From a virus (lineage: Duplodnaviria > Caudoviricetes): DNA of 64,000 bases. Location: positions 1 to 64,000 of the IMG/VR virus record IMGVR_UViG_2974670102_000001. The stretch is one strand, 5' to 3'. Below are positions 33,273 to 43,276 of this stretch, one piece after another. Each line of letters begins with the position of its first letter. Position 1 is the first letter of the stretch. The notes under the pieces were generated by a model, which saw only the letters and a list, made by a program, of their open reading frames with translations, did no database searches and had not been told where the DNA came from. A program made the position numbers and the translations under genes.

Positions 33273-35003
33273 TTAAATTGCCTCTGGTGCCTTTTGCTGG
33301 GCTTCGTCCTGCTTAGCCACGGCCTCGATTGCTGCGTCCCACGCCTCTGCCGGAATGTCTCCGGAAGCTGCGTAGTCAGCCAGCGCTTCGATCAGGGAGT
33401 TGAGCGCTTCGACGTTCGACTCGGTGCCCGCACTCTTGTTCGTCAGCCCCTGACCTCCTTGGCCCGGGATGTCGATGTCGATTAGACGGAGCGCAGCGGT
33501 CACGGTAGCGGACTGGCGTGCGCCGTCGATTCCGAGTTCGTCGATCTCACGCTTCAGCAGTTCATGCCACTCTTGCTGTGACACGGGAACCCACTCGCAC
33601 TTGAAGTACCCCATCCCGGACTCTGCTTCGTCGAGACCCGCAAGTGCCGAGTGCGCTATTGTCCACAACCGCTCCGGGCCCAGATACTGTAGAGCCATGA
33701 AGAGAAGGGCACCTACAGGGCCCAGCTTCTCGATGGCTTCACGCATCGACGAGGATTGCAGCAGTTCGGCCATGATGCGGGCCGCTGTGTCTTGGCCACC
33801 AGACTGCTCGACTGCGGCACGGCGTAGCGCCGCGATCTTGCCGTTTGCGTCCGGCATATCGTGCATGATAGCCTTGGCCAGATTGCCTGAGTGTGCGCGC
33901 AGGTGGCCTGCGGCGTTTACACGGTCTTCGGAGCCGGGGGCGGTGCCGCCGTTGGCGATGAAGGCTTGTGCTTCACGCGCAAGCTTCGTCATTGCCACGC
34001 CTGCACGATCACCGCGTGGCGAGTACGGTGCGGAAGCGGGCCCGGGACCGTGCGTAGGCTTCGAACCAGCAGGGTGCGAAGGCGCGATATTGGGTGCTGG
34101 CTGAGCCGGACGCGGATTCTCGCGCTCGCGCTTCGTCTCCTTATCCTGCACGCCAACCCCGTGACCCTGACCGTACTCTTGCGCATACTTGCTCTTGGGG
34201 TGCTCCTTGACATACCGCTGTCGCATTTCCGGGGTCATGAATTCCCACCACTCGTCCTTCGGATCGTAGGTGTCCGAATGCTGGGAGTTCGGATGCGTCT
34301 CCGTGTACTTCTGACGCTGCTGCGGCGTCATGTTCCCCCACCAGTCCTCACCCTTGGCTGTGACCAGAAGGCGCGCTACCGCTTGCATATTCGTACTCCC
34401 ATTTTCGTCGTCGGTCTCCAGCCCGGAGCGAACGCGCGAGCGCTTTACGGGCTTACGCTTTGGCACACGCGGCTTGTAATCTGTCTTGGTGGTTTCGGCC
34501 AGCGCAAAGTCACTGCCGTAGGCGCGCTTGCGATCCTCGGCAGAGCGACGCTGCTCCGGCGTCAGCGATTTCCACTCCTTCTCCGGCATGTACACGTAGG
34601 TGCTCTTGTCCTTCCAGTAGCCATAAGGTGAGAACTGCTGCTTGGAGTTCAGCATAGCCTGCGTGTACTTGAACTTAACCTTACGCTTGGAGCCGTCTAT
34701 CAACTTGAACTCTGCACCGCTAGGCAGTCCGTTCTTGTTGTAGAAGACTCGCTTAGGAGTGCCACCCAAAGCCTCAACAAACCAGCCCCGTATCTTGGAG
34801 CTAAGTGTCTCCACGGCCACAGGGTCGAGTTCGTCGGACTCCAGTTCAACGTCACGCTCGTCAGGTTTAGCCCCGGGATGAAATCCCTGCGCGTACTTGG
34901 AATGTGGATGCTCCTTCAGGTATTCGCGCTTCTGAAAGTCAGATAGCGAATCGAACCACGTGGCAGACTCTACCAGCCGATGTTTCGCTGTGATAGTCGT
35001 CAT
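33273..35003 (-). CDS. putative internal head protein with W..(L/M)(S/T)..Q..Y...HP.S repeats
   Basis: 576 aa; three full and one partial repeat; three A.(x)RL motifs. Confidence 0.6.
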   Translation of the reverse strand: MTTITAKHRLVESATWFDSLSDFQKREYLKEHPHSKYAQGFHPGAKPDERDVELESDELDPVAVETLSSKIRGWFVEALGGTPKRVFYNKNGLPSGAEFKLIDGSKRKVKFKYTQAMLNSKQQFSPYGYWKDKSTYVYMPEKEWKSLTPEQRRSAEDRKRAYGSDFALAETTKTDYKPRVPKRKPVKRSRVRSGLETDDENGSTNMQAVARLLVTAKGEDWWGNMTPQQRQKYTETHPNSQHSDTYDPKDEWWEFMTPEMRQRYVKEHPKSKYAQEYGQGHGVGVQDKETKRERENPRPAQPAPNIAPSHPAGSKPTHGPGPASAPYSPRGDRAGVAMTKLAREAQAFIANGGTAPGSEDRVNAAGHLRAHSGNLAKAIMHDMPDANGKIAALRRAAVEQSGGQDTAARIMAELLQSSSMREAIEKLGPVGALLFMALQYLGPERLWTIAHSALAGLDEAESGMGYFKCEWVPVSQQEWHELLKREIDELGIDGARQSATVTAALRLIDIDIPGQGGQGLTNKSAGTESNVEALNSLIEALADYAASGDIPAEAWDAAIEAVAKQDEAQQKAPEAI

Positions 35004-35060
35004 TGTCTAATCCTTATGAAAAACAGGGCAATCTAATGCCCCGCTCCTTATTTACGAGGA

Positions 35061-35564
35061 TCAGTCGATCAGGTAGTCGAAGGCCCACGTGATGTTGAGG
35101 GTAACGAGGTTCGAGGCCGAGCCATCGAGTTCCACGTCTGCAACCGAAGCAGGCCACAGGCCGACGACGGTGATGGTGCGGCTCACTTCCGGCAGATCGT
35201 TGTACACCACAAGCTGAGCCGTACACTTGTAGGCGCTTGCAAACGAGCCGCTGTTGTTGAGCCACGAGCGCGTCATTTCGGACCACGCGTAGAACTGCGC
35301 ACGCGTGTTCCAGTCGCTCGATTCCATGAACGTAGTGTTGAACGTGTGTTCGAAGGTCTTGCGGCCCGCGTACACGAGTTCAACGCCGTGCAGTGGGACG
35401 GTCACGCGGTCCATCGAGAAGCCGGGGAGCGCGGTGCTCATGCACTTCCACGTGAGGGCGCGCGTGTCGCTCGAACCCGGGATCGCAGGCAGGAACAAGT
35501 CAAAGTTCCACGACTGCGCCGGGTCAGCTACGGCCTGAACGTCATACAGGCTAGAACGTGCCAT
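35061..35564 (-). CDS. tail tube protein (T4 gp19-like)
   Basis: 167 aa downstream of the sheath; LPG...V...G....YAGR..F, GLWP..V..V.LD, .TWAFDY pattern. Confidence 0.75.
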   Translation of the reverse strand: MARSSLYDVQAVADPAQSWNFDLFLPAIPGSSDTRALTWKCMSTALPGFSMDRVTVPLHGVELVYAGRKTFEHTFNTTFMESSDWNTRAQFYAWSEMTRSWLNNSGSFASAYKCTAQLVVYNDLPEVSRTITVVGLWPASVADVELDGSASNLVTLNITWAFDYLID

Positions 35565-35606
35565 AATTGTACTCCATGTTGAATTGGTTAGGTCTGCACG
35601 ATAAAA

Positions 35607-35960
35607 TTAACCGCCAGAGCCTACGGGCTGCACCGTACGATTCCACAGCGGATCAGGATCAAAACCACCAGACTGCCCAACGGGCAACGGTGTGTCGTCC
35701 ACGGCATCGTCGAACCCGGGGTTCGGTTTCATGTCGTGCTTGATCTGCGTGTTGTTGTACATGCTGTGGTTCAGGTCTTCGGCCATCAGTCGATGCGCTG
35801 CCTTGGTGGGCGCATGTTTCTCTGGGGCCTCGTCGCTGGCGTCGGTTTGCCTTTCGTTGAGATCGTTTTGGTTCTCCGGCCCGTACGAGCGCCCGGGAGC
35901 GATTGTGTCTCCCGGGATCGTGGACGTGGCCAGCAACCTGGTGGCTGCTTCGAGTTTCAT
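35607..35960 (-). CDS. small acidic late protein with two AA.RL motifs
   Basis: 117 aa, RBS AGGA; MKLEAATRLLA, KAAHRLMA. Confidence 0.65.
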   Translation of the reverse strand: MKLEAATRLLATSTIPGDTIAPGRSYGPENQNDLNERQTDASDEAPEKHAPTKAAHRLMAEDLNHSMYNNTQIKHDMKPNPGFDDAVDDTPLPVGQSGGFDPDPLWNRTVQPVGSGG

Positions 35961-36002
35961 TCGGTGTCCTATTCAAAAACGGGGGCCAAGTGCCCCCGTT
36001 GC

Positions 36003-38000
36003 TTAGCGACCAGCCACCGACGACAGCGCTTCCGTGAACGACACACCCTGCTTGCTGATCACGACCTGCAAGTTGATGATGTGGATCGGGATCACCGGGA
36101 TGATGATGACCGTCACGTTGCGGATACCGCTGTTGAAGTCCTGCGCCGTGTTGTTCGAAGCATCCGACACCACCTTGAAGTCCGAGATACCCCGCGCGTT
36201 CTTGATGGTTTGCAGGTAGTCCGAGCACGACTGCACGATCTGACGACCCGTGAAGTCGTCGTTGGGCTCTTGCAGCGAGTACAGCAGGAACTGATAGAGC
36301 GCAACCTTGATCACGTTCACGATCCGGCGTACCGACAGCCACGACAGCGCGCTCATTTGCGCAGCCAGAGTCTGTTGTTCCCACAGCGCAGTGCCTTGAC
36401 CCACGAACGTCTGCGTGTAGTTGACTTGCGCTTGGAACAGGGCGTCCATCTGGCCTTGGTCGTACGTGTAGCGCGTACCCAGCACGTTGACGATGCCTCG
36501 GTTGAGGCCAGCAATCGAGAACGACGGGTTGGCCACGCGGTCGGTACGGGCGCACAGCGCAGCCGCCCAACCCGAGAACGGCACGTACTGTTGCTTGCCG
36601 TTGATCGTGTCGGCCTCCAAGACATCCGGGCAGAACAGCGCCGAGTACGTCGAGTTCAGGTTCAGTCGCAGGTTGCGATAGTTGATCGCTTGCTGGAACT
36701 GTTGCGAGTTCGACGGAACGTCAAGTAGTGCTACGCAATCGCCACGCTGCTGTGCAAGCGTATCCATTGCCAACTGAACGTCCGGGCTGCTGTGGCCCGA
36801 GTTGAGCAGGATGTTCACCTTGTACAGTTGCTTGTTCGCGAACACGTTCCACGCACCTGCCACTGCGGTCGACAGCGGAGCGGACCCCGAGTTACCCCCA
36901 GCCATTGCCTGCGGGCCGGTGCTCGTGATCACGGGCAGGGGCTGCGCCGGGTCCATCAGCGGCACGTACGAGGTGACGCGGATGTACTGCGAGAACGGGT
37001 TGATGGCCTGTTCGAGTTCTGTTTCCAGCCCCGTGCTGTCCGTGTAATCGGTCAGCGAGCACGTGAATTGCTCAACCGGGTACTGGTCACTGCGGCTCTG
37101 CAAGAAGACCGAGACACCGAATGTCGGGGGCGCGGCTGCTGCCTTCGACGGGTCGGTGATCGGCGGTTGCGTCGTGTCCGGAACAATCGAACCGTCGTCC
37201 GTGAACGTGATGTAGCTGTCGCCAGACTGCCCGACAGTGATCATGTAGCCCATGTTGTTGGCACCTTGCGTGCGGCCGTACACCTTGTAGCCTTGCGCGC
37301 CAGCAACGGGTTTCCAGTTCAGCACCACCTTGTTGGTGTTGGTGCCACCGGTCGCGATGACGATGGTCTGCGCCGACGACGCGACAGTTTCACCGTTGGG
37401 GCCGATGGTCGACACCTGATATTGGTACGTTCCAGCGGGCAGGATGCCGCCCGTGGTAGCCGACGAGATCGGGAGCGTCGGGTCCGGAGCAACCGGCCAT
37501 GCTGGAGCGGCCAACGCGCTGCTGCGGATCGCTACCATGTAGTCGTCCGCGTACGAACCCTGACCCTGACCCGGATAGAACAGGGCGATAGGGCGACGTG
37601 CTGTCGGTGCATACGTGCTCTTCAGCACGTCCCAACTTGGGATCGTCGGGTCCACGATGCCGCCCGTAATCGAAACGAGCTTCGTGCTACCGTCTTGCGC
37701 CTCGTAGGCCATGACCGCCGAGTACAGTGCGCCCGCGCCTGCAACACGGAGGGCCCAAAGCTGGCTGCCCTCCTTGAAGTAGTCGAGGCCGCAGTACACG
37801 TCGAACGAGATTTGCGCGTTCGGGTTGCCGTAGGCTGCGAGGTAGTCTTGTGCGTTCGTGTAGAGGACCGGCTTCGTCGTATCACCCTTGTTCGACACGA
37901 TGATCTGGGCGGCAACCGAAGTCGACGCCGCAGTGATCACCTGCGACAAGTTGATTTCTTGGACGATGACCTTGGAACCTTGATTTGCGGAAATCGGCAT
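36003..38000 (-). CDS. contractile tail sheath protein
   Basis: 665 aa; V..QEI.LS, P.SG..AA..ARTD, AG.NRG, W.Q.TL, L.VRR, EPND, I.P...I..I motifs. Confidence 0.9.
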   Translation of the reverse strand: MPISANQGSKVIVQEINLSQVITAASTSVAAQIIVSNKGDTTKPVLYTNAQDYLAAYGNPNAQISFDVYCGLDYFKEGSQLWALRVAGAGALYSAVMAYEAQDGSTKLVSITGGIVDPTIPSWDVLKSTYAPTARRPIALFYPGQGQGSYADDYMVAIRSSALAAPAWPVAPDPTLPISSATTGGILPAGTYQYQVSTIGPNGETVASSAQTIVIATGGTNTNKVVLNWKPVAGAQGYKVYGRTQGANNMGYMITVGQSGDSYITFTDDGSIVPDTTQPPITDPSKAAAAPPTFGVSVFLQSRSDQYPVEQFTCSLTDYTDSTGLETELEQAINPFSQYIRVTSYVPLMDPAQPLPVITSTGPQAMAGGNSGSAPLSTAVAGAWNVFANKQLYKVNILLNSGHSSPDVQLAMDTLAQQRGDCVALLDVPSNSQQFQQAINYRNLRLNLNSTYSALFCPDVLEADTINGKQQYVPFSGWAAALCARTDRVANPSFSIAGLNRGIVNVLGTRYTYDQGQMDALFQAQVNYTQTFVGQGTALWEQQTLAAQMSALSWLSVRRIVNVIKVALYQFLLYSLQEPNDDFTGRQIVQSCSDYLQTIKNARGISDFKVVSDASNNTAQDFNSGIRNVTVIIIPVIPIHIINLQVVISKQGVSFTEALSSVAGR

Positions 38001-38002
38001 GA

Positions 38003-38248
38003 TTACTCCTTGGTCAGTTGCGGAGCCGCCTTATCAGCGGGCTTCGCGATTTCGATTGCCGGTTCCGGGACCGACACCTGAACGCAACCCGGGTTCAGGG
38101 CGCACCAACGCGCACACACCGTGTAGCCGTCCGGCAGATCAACATAGCGGCGGGCCATGATGCGCACGGAGCCTGCTGCTTTGCCTGCCGTGTCCACCAA
38201 ATCCACCTGCTGCGGAATCCGGCTGATGTTATTCACTTTCGTAGCCAT
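38003..38248 (-). CDS. small tail-associated protein
   Basis: 81 aa directly upstream of the sheath, RBS AAGGAG. Confidence 0.65.
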   Translation of the reverse strand: MATKVNNISRIPQQVDLVDTAGKAAGSVRIMARRYVDLPDGYTVCARWCALNPGCVQVSVPEPAIEIAKPADKAAPQLTKE

Positions 38249-38279
38249 AAGGGCTCCTTAACTTTTAGCTTGTTCTTCA

Positions 38280-38981
38280 CTAACTGCGATCTGGGAACGC
38301 GAGAAACTGCGTGCCGCCAAGGCGCTCACCAGCTTGCAACTTCGGCTCGTGCACGACGGGAATGCCGTCGTCGTTCAGCACATTGATGGTGTTGATGACG
38401 CCTATCTCGCCCAACACGGGTTCACTCGAATAGCCATGGATCGTGGCGCTTACCACAACACCAAATGCAGTTTCGGTTTCCGTCACGTTCCCTAGCGATG
38501 GCGTAGTGATGCTCGAATCCAGAGTGACGCCAACACCGAACTTCAGGCGTCCGTATTGAACGCTTGACTTCAGATAGCCACCACGCCGGGCCAGCAACCA
38601 ACGCCGGGCGAACGCCATAACCGAGCCTTGCTCTACCGATTGGAACTGGTTCGTGACATACGTGATCTCGATCTCGAAATCCGTTGGGATCACGCGGACC
38701 GTTTGTACGGTCGACCCCGAGTTCACGTTCACGAACATGCCACGGCGCATCAGGTTGTGCGGGTTGTAGGACTCCGTATTTTCCGAGACCTTCTTGACCT
38801 CGAAGAAAGCATACGGATAACTGAAGTTCTTGTTGCCCTTACCGAACAGGCGCTCCATAACCACGGCCTTGTCATTCGAGTTTACGAACGCGGTCTTGGC
38901 GCAGTCGAACGTCTGCTGGAAGCGCTGCTGAAACCCTGCGAACACGAGGTAGTCGATGGGTTCTATTGTTGTTGATGCCAT
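38280..38981 (-). CDS. putative tail completion/terminator protein
   Basis: Start MASTTIE, RBS GGAGG; position between head and sheath; P..FEIEITY beta pattern. Confidence 0.5.
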   Translation of the reverse strand: MASTTIEPIDYLVFAGFQQRFQQTFDCAKTAFVNSNDKAVVMERLFGKGNKNFSYPYAFFEVKKVSENTESYNPHNLMRRGMFVNVNSGSTVQTVRVIPTDFEIEITYVTNQFQSVEQGSVMAFARRWLLARRGGYLKSSVQYGRLKFGVGVTLDSSITTPSLGNVTETETAFGVVVSATIHGYSSEPVLGEIGVINTINVLNDDGIPVVHEPKLQAGERLGGTQFLAFPDRS

Positions 38982-39000
38982 GCTGGCCTCCAGATACGAC

Positions 39001-39034
39001 AAAAGCCCGACGGCTTGAAGACCGACGGGCTTTT
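39001..39034. terminator. intrinsic terminator after the capsid operon
   Basis: AAAAGCCCG...CGGGCTTTT. Confidence 0.7.
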
Positions 39035-39037
39035 GGG

Positions 39038-39391
39038 TTACTTCTGCACCAGAGCGGCCAGAGTCGCTTGGAATTCAGCGGCGTCCGCGTCGGTGGCCGA
39101 AGCTTCCGCGTGGCCTGCCTCGTCGTCCAGACCGAGTTCTGCGCGGTCAGCGCCGAGCGCTGCGAGCACGCGGTTTTCCGGGTTCGCGGCAGCTTCTGCC
39201 TTCACACGGTCCCGTTCTGCCTGCGCCGTTGCGTAGGCGTGGCCGTTCGAAGCTTCGATGATTGCCAGAGCGCGGGTTGCGTCCGGAGCCGTGCACGCGT
39301 CTTGGAAGAACTTCGCAGCGGTCTTGATGCGACCCTTCTGCATGTTGTCCATAGCCAGTGCAACGAAATCGAGCGAGCGATTGTAGTTCAT
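39038..39391 (-). CDS. hypothetical head-associated protein
   Basis: 117 aa downstream of the capsid gene, RBS AGGAG. Confidence 0.65.
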   Translation of the reverse strand: MNYNRSLDFVALAMDNMQKGRIKTAAKFFQDACTAPDATRALAIIEASNGHAYATAQAERDRVKAEAAANPENRVLAALGADRAELGLDDEAGHAEASATDADAAEFQATLAALVQK

Positions 39392-39453
39392 TGCGTTCTC
39401 CTGAATGTTGTCCGATGTCTAAGTCAGAACCCGGGCGAACCCGGGCTCAGCGT

Positions 39454-40542
39454 TTAGACGCGCAGGCCAGCAGCCACCGAACGCGAGTTCGCGACCGAGA
39501 TAGCCAGCGACTCGAACATCACCCAGCCGCGACCCGGCACCTTCTCGATGCTGATGTCGATCGGCTGCGATTGCAGGCCGCCGCGATCCGAGTACGCACC
39601 GTGGTTCAGCGCGTCCGAGATCACGAAGAACTCGCCTTGATCCAGCACCTTGTGCTCGCGGTGACGGTACGCGTCCGACGTGATCGCGCAGCCGTACAGC
39701 GTACCGAGTTCACCGGTCAGCAGGAGTTCGTGACGCGCAACCGGGTCGATTGCCGTGAAGAAGTCCGAGTTGCCGATGATGTCCTGATACAGGTCCGACG
39801 CCATCAGAACGTGCGGTGCCTTCAGGCCCCAGCGCGTGACGTTCGTCATCACTTGCGCGAACGTGTACGGCGTGAGTTGGCCGCTGATGATCGAGAGCGG
39901 GTTGTCCACACCGATCAGTGCCTTGACCTGCGAATACCACAGACGGTCTTCACCGACCATGATTGCTTCGGTCGCTTCGACGTACTTCTCTTGCAGCACG
40001 TCACCGGCCGACTGGTTCAGTTCGTTCTGCGGAATGAACGGTCGCGTGACCAGTTGCAGTTCCGGCGGCGTGAACCACTTGTCGCGCGTGATCTGCGCCT
40101 GAATCTTCGTCGGGCTCGTCGAGTAGACGGCCGTCACGTTCTTCGTGCGCAGCGGGAAGCGAACGATTGCGCCTTGCTCCACGTCGATACGCGTCAGGTA
40201 CTTCCGTGCGAAGCCCTGACGGTTACACGTGATGTACAGCGAGTCGGCCATACGCTCGCCCAGCACGCGGTGCGCTTCGCTGTCGTTGAACGCAGCCTGC
40301 ACCAGTTCCTTGCTGATCTTCGCGCCTTGCTCTGCCGACGCGAACACTGCGTCGCTGGCGGTTTCACCGCGCGAGCTTGCTGCCAGAAACTCCATCTGGC
40401 GGTTCATGAGTTCGCGCTTGCTGCCCGCGTTCAGTTCACCGTTGTGGCCGACAGCGCGCTCGTTCGAGCCTTCGAAACGAAATTCGGAAGCTGCGACCAT
40501 GGGCTTCTTCGTCGCAGTCACTTGGATTTTGTTGGTACGCAT
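39454..40542 (-). CDS. major capsid protein (HK97 fold)
   Basis: 362 aa, strong codon bias; R.GFARKYL, IMVGEDR, G.LG.LYG..I.SD; protease-scaffold-decoration-MCP gene order. Confidence 0.8.
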   Translation of the reverse strand: MRTNKIQVTATKKPMVAASEFRFEGSNERAVGHNGELNAGSKRELMNRQMEFLAASSRGETASDAVFASAEQGAKISKELVQAAFNDSEAHRVLGERMADSLYITCNRQGFARKYLTRIDVEQGAIVRFPLRTKNVTAVYSTSPTKIQAQITRDKWFTPPELQLVTRPFIPQNELNQSAGDVLQEKYVEATEAIMVGEDRLWYSQVKALIGVDNPLSIISGQLTPYTFAQVMTNVTRWGLKAPHVLMASDLYQDIIGNSDFFTAIDPVARHELLLTGELGTLYGCAITSDAYRHREHKVLDQGEFFVISDALNHGAYSDRGGLQSQPIDISIEKVPGRGWVMFESLAISVANSRSVAAGLRV

Positions 40543-40637
40543 ATGTTACTCCGTGTTGGTTGGGAGTCCCCGGCTTCGAGGACTCCTGAATTCATGTCGT
40601 TAGGACTGAATTAAAATTACCGATTGTGCGTCGCTGC

Positions 40638-41348
40638 TTAGTGAGCGTCGAACGACAGGCCGAGGAACGGAATGTCCGAACCCGGAACCGACAGGACGTA
40701 TGCGCCCGGAATCGGCGTGCCTGCGGGAGTCGTTGCAGCCGGGTCACCCATCGTGACTTGGCCGCCTGCGCCCATCAGGATCGTGTGTGCGGCGTCGCTG
40801 CCAGCGGCTTGCCAGTTCTGCGAAGCGTCGAACTGCGAGGTGAACACCGTACCGCGCGTGATCACGCCGATCTGGCCGATGTAGTCACCGATGTAGCCGC
40901 CCGGCTGCACGTCACCGAACAGCACGCGACGCTGCACTGCGGTCAGCGCGTACTTGTAGGTGACGGTCACCGTGTTGCCCGGCGTCAGGCCCGTGATCGA
41001 ATCGACAGCCAGCGTCGTGCCGGTTGCGGGTGCGTTTGCCGTCACGTCGAACGCGAAGTACTCCGTGTTGCTGATCGGTGCGAGCGACAGTTTGACCTTG
41101 CCGGTTGCCGGGACCAAGAAGGTCTCGACCTTGTTGTACGTCGGTTCCGGGAACGGTGCAGCCGACGTGCCTGCGAATGCGAAGCCACAGAACAGGTCCG
41201 TTGCTTGGCCGGTCGACGGGAACACGCCGTTGGCGGTATTGCCCTTGGCGCGTGCGACCACTTGGCCTTCAGCCGTGAACACCGATTGCGGCGCGACGTT
41301 CATTTCCGTGCTTTGCTCGATCTTGGTAGCGGGCAGGTAAAAAGACAT
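40638..41348 (-). CDS. capsid decoration/cement-like protein
   Basis: 236 aa, Gly/Thr-rich, immediately upstream of the MCP; G.V.T.QFD motif. Confidence 0.6.
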   Translation of the reverse strand: MSFYLPATKIEQSTEMNVAPQSVFTAEGQVVARAKGNTANGVFPSTGQATDLFCGFAFAGTSAAPFPEPTYNKVETFLVPATGKVKLSLAPISNTEYFAFDVTANAPATGTTLAVDSITGLTPGNTVTVTYKYALTAVQRRVLFGDVQPGGYIGDYIGQIGVITRGTVFTSQFDASQNWQAAGSDAAHTILMGAGGQVTMGDPAATTPAGTPIPGAYVLSVPGSDIPFLGLSFDAH

Positions 41349-41439
41349 GTGTTTTCTCCAGTTGAGATTTAGGCAGTAGAACTGACTTTTTCCTTTATTC
41401 GTCAGTTCTACTGTTCCCTTTTAAATTAGGGAAGGTGGA

Positions 41440-43146
41440 TTACATACCGAACGGCAGTGCAGCTTCACCCGAGAGGATTGCTGCTGCGGTGACCGACATG
41501 CCGCCACGACGCGAAGCCGTCGTTGCTTGGCGGCGGGGCGACGCGTAGCCCGGGCGTGCCGAGAACAGCGCAGCCTTCACCGAGGTCGGTGCGCGCGAAT
41601 CTTCTTCGAACTGGTCGACGAATTCCGGACCGCCATCGCATGCTGCCGCGTCGGTTTCGTGATCGTCTTCGTCCTCGTCCATGCCCTCGTCATCGCCCAG
41701 CATGTTCAGTGCCGTGACGTGCGAATTGCGGACTTCGACCGGGAGTTCACGCAGTTGCGAGGCAATCGTCAGAATCGCCTTCGCGTAGTCGACGCCTGCG
41801 CTTGCGAACACACGACGGATCAGCTTCTCGGCACCGCGCACGCCCGCAGCCGAGAACTCGGCTTCCAGCGATGCACGCAGTTCGTTGCGAACGTCCTTGA
41901 AGTAGCCAGCGCGGTTGATACCGACAGCCGCGATTGCCATACACTGGTCCATCGCCTCGTCTTGCGCTTGCGCTTCGGCGCGCAGGCCAGCCGTCAGCTT
42001 CAGGGCCTTGGCTTCGACGCGCTTGTTCAGCACGTCAGCCTTGCCCAGATTAACGGTTGCGAGAACGAAGCCCATGCCCTTCAGACCGGCACGCAGACCG
42101 TGCTTTTCCATTTCGCTGGCCGTGACCGATGCGAAGTTGTCCGAAAGATACATCTTGTCGACACCGGCCTTGACTGCTTGGCGCTGCGACAGGTTTGCGA
42201 TCACGCGCGGGCCCTTGAGAACGCGCACGTCGGTGCCCACGTTTGCGAACACCACGTCGTCCACGTCGTCGTCCGGCACACCGTCGATGTCGACGAGCGG
42301 CATTTCTTCTTCGGCCGGTGCGTTCTGGAGGATTTCGTCGTCCGTCACCGTGTCCAGTGCCGGAGTCGTCACACCCGGTTCGTCTTCAGCGTCTTCGAAC
42401 GTGTCGACATCGGCAACTGCGCCCGGTTCGAGCATCAGCGATTGTTCGGTAGCGCCTGCACCCGGTTCGAGTTCCGCACCCGAATCGGCGTTCGGAAGCA
42501 CCGGAGCGGTGCCCGGTTCTGCGCCGTCGGTAGGGGTTTCGCCCGTCGTGATGTAGCCGTCTGCCGGATCGATGTCGTTCGGCATCGTCTGCGTCGACTG
42601 CTGGCCGACTTCACCGGTCTCGTGGGCACGACGCGAAGCCAAGCCATCGCCTGCGGCCTCGACGCCCGAATCCGTGTGCGTGTCTTCCGACGCGTCCGGA
42701 TCGTTGTGGATCGCGGGGCCTGCGGGAGCCTCGTCGTTGCGCAGTTCGTCAGCGATGTTCGGGCTCTGGTCTTCGAAACCGGCCTCGGTCGGAACCTTGG
42801 GCTTCGATTGCGGTGCCAGCTTGACTTCGCCCGGATGCTTCTTCGGCTTGTCGAGCGCCTTGCCCGGTTCGACCTTCGGGCCGCCTTCGTCAGCAGCCGC
42901 CGTGGTCTTGCCGCCGTTCATGCGGTTTGTCTTTTCCGAGAACTTCGTGTCGTTGTTGAAGTGCGTCGAACCGCCCGGCTCTTCGCCCGGCTCGTGCAGC
43001 ATTTCAGCCTTCGTCGAACCGTGACGCAGTTTCACTTCCGAGGTCTCGGCCGCTTTCGTCGTTTCGTTCGGGAAGTGGAGCGAGGTGGAAGCCGCGTTTT
43101 CGCGAGCAGCCACGACTTGTTCCTTTTCTTTCGTCAGGATTGCCAT
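41440..43146 (-). CDS. putative prohead core/scaffolding protein
   Basis: 568 aa; acidic disordered N-half, helical C-half; between protease and decoration genes. Confidence 0.6.
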   Translation of the reverse strand: MAILTKEKEQVVAARENAASTSLHFPNETTKAAETSEVKLRHGSTKAEMLHEPGEEPGGSTHFNNDTKFSEKTNRMNGGKTTAAADEGGPKVEPGKALDKPKKHPGEVKLAPQSKPKVPTEAGFEDQSPNIADELRNDEAPAGPAIHNDPDASEDTHTDSGVEAAGDGLASRRAHETGEVGQQSTQTMPNDIDPADGYITTGETPTDGAEPGTAPVLPNADSGAELEPGAGATEQSLMLEPGAVADVDTFEDAEDEPGVTTPALDTVTDDEILQNAPAEEEMPLVDIDGVPDDDVDDVVFANVGTDVRVLKGPRVIANLSQRQAVKAGVDKMYLSDNFASVTASEMEKHGLRAGLKGMGFVLATVNLGKADVLNKRVEAKALKLTAGLRAEAQAQDEAMDQCMAIAAVGINRAGYFKDVRNELRASLEAEFSAAGVRGAEKLIRRVFASAGVDYAKAILTIASQLRELPVEVRNSHVTALNMLGDDEGMDEDEDDHETDAAACDGGPEFVDQFEEDSRAPTSVKAALFSARPGYASPRRQATTASRRGGMSVTAAAILSGEAALPFGM

Positions 43147-43276
43147 AAAGGTCCTCTGTTATCTAGGTGGGAGTACGATAAAAATGCCGAATGTGCGAAA
43201 TTCGGTAAGCATCGTCCTACCCACTCGCACACGGTTACACGGCAGTCGGGAGTGCGAAAAATCCGACTGCGCGGTG

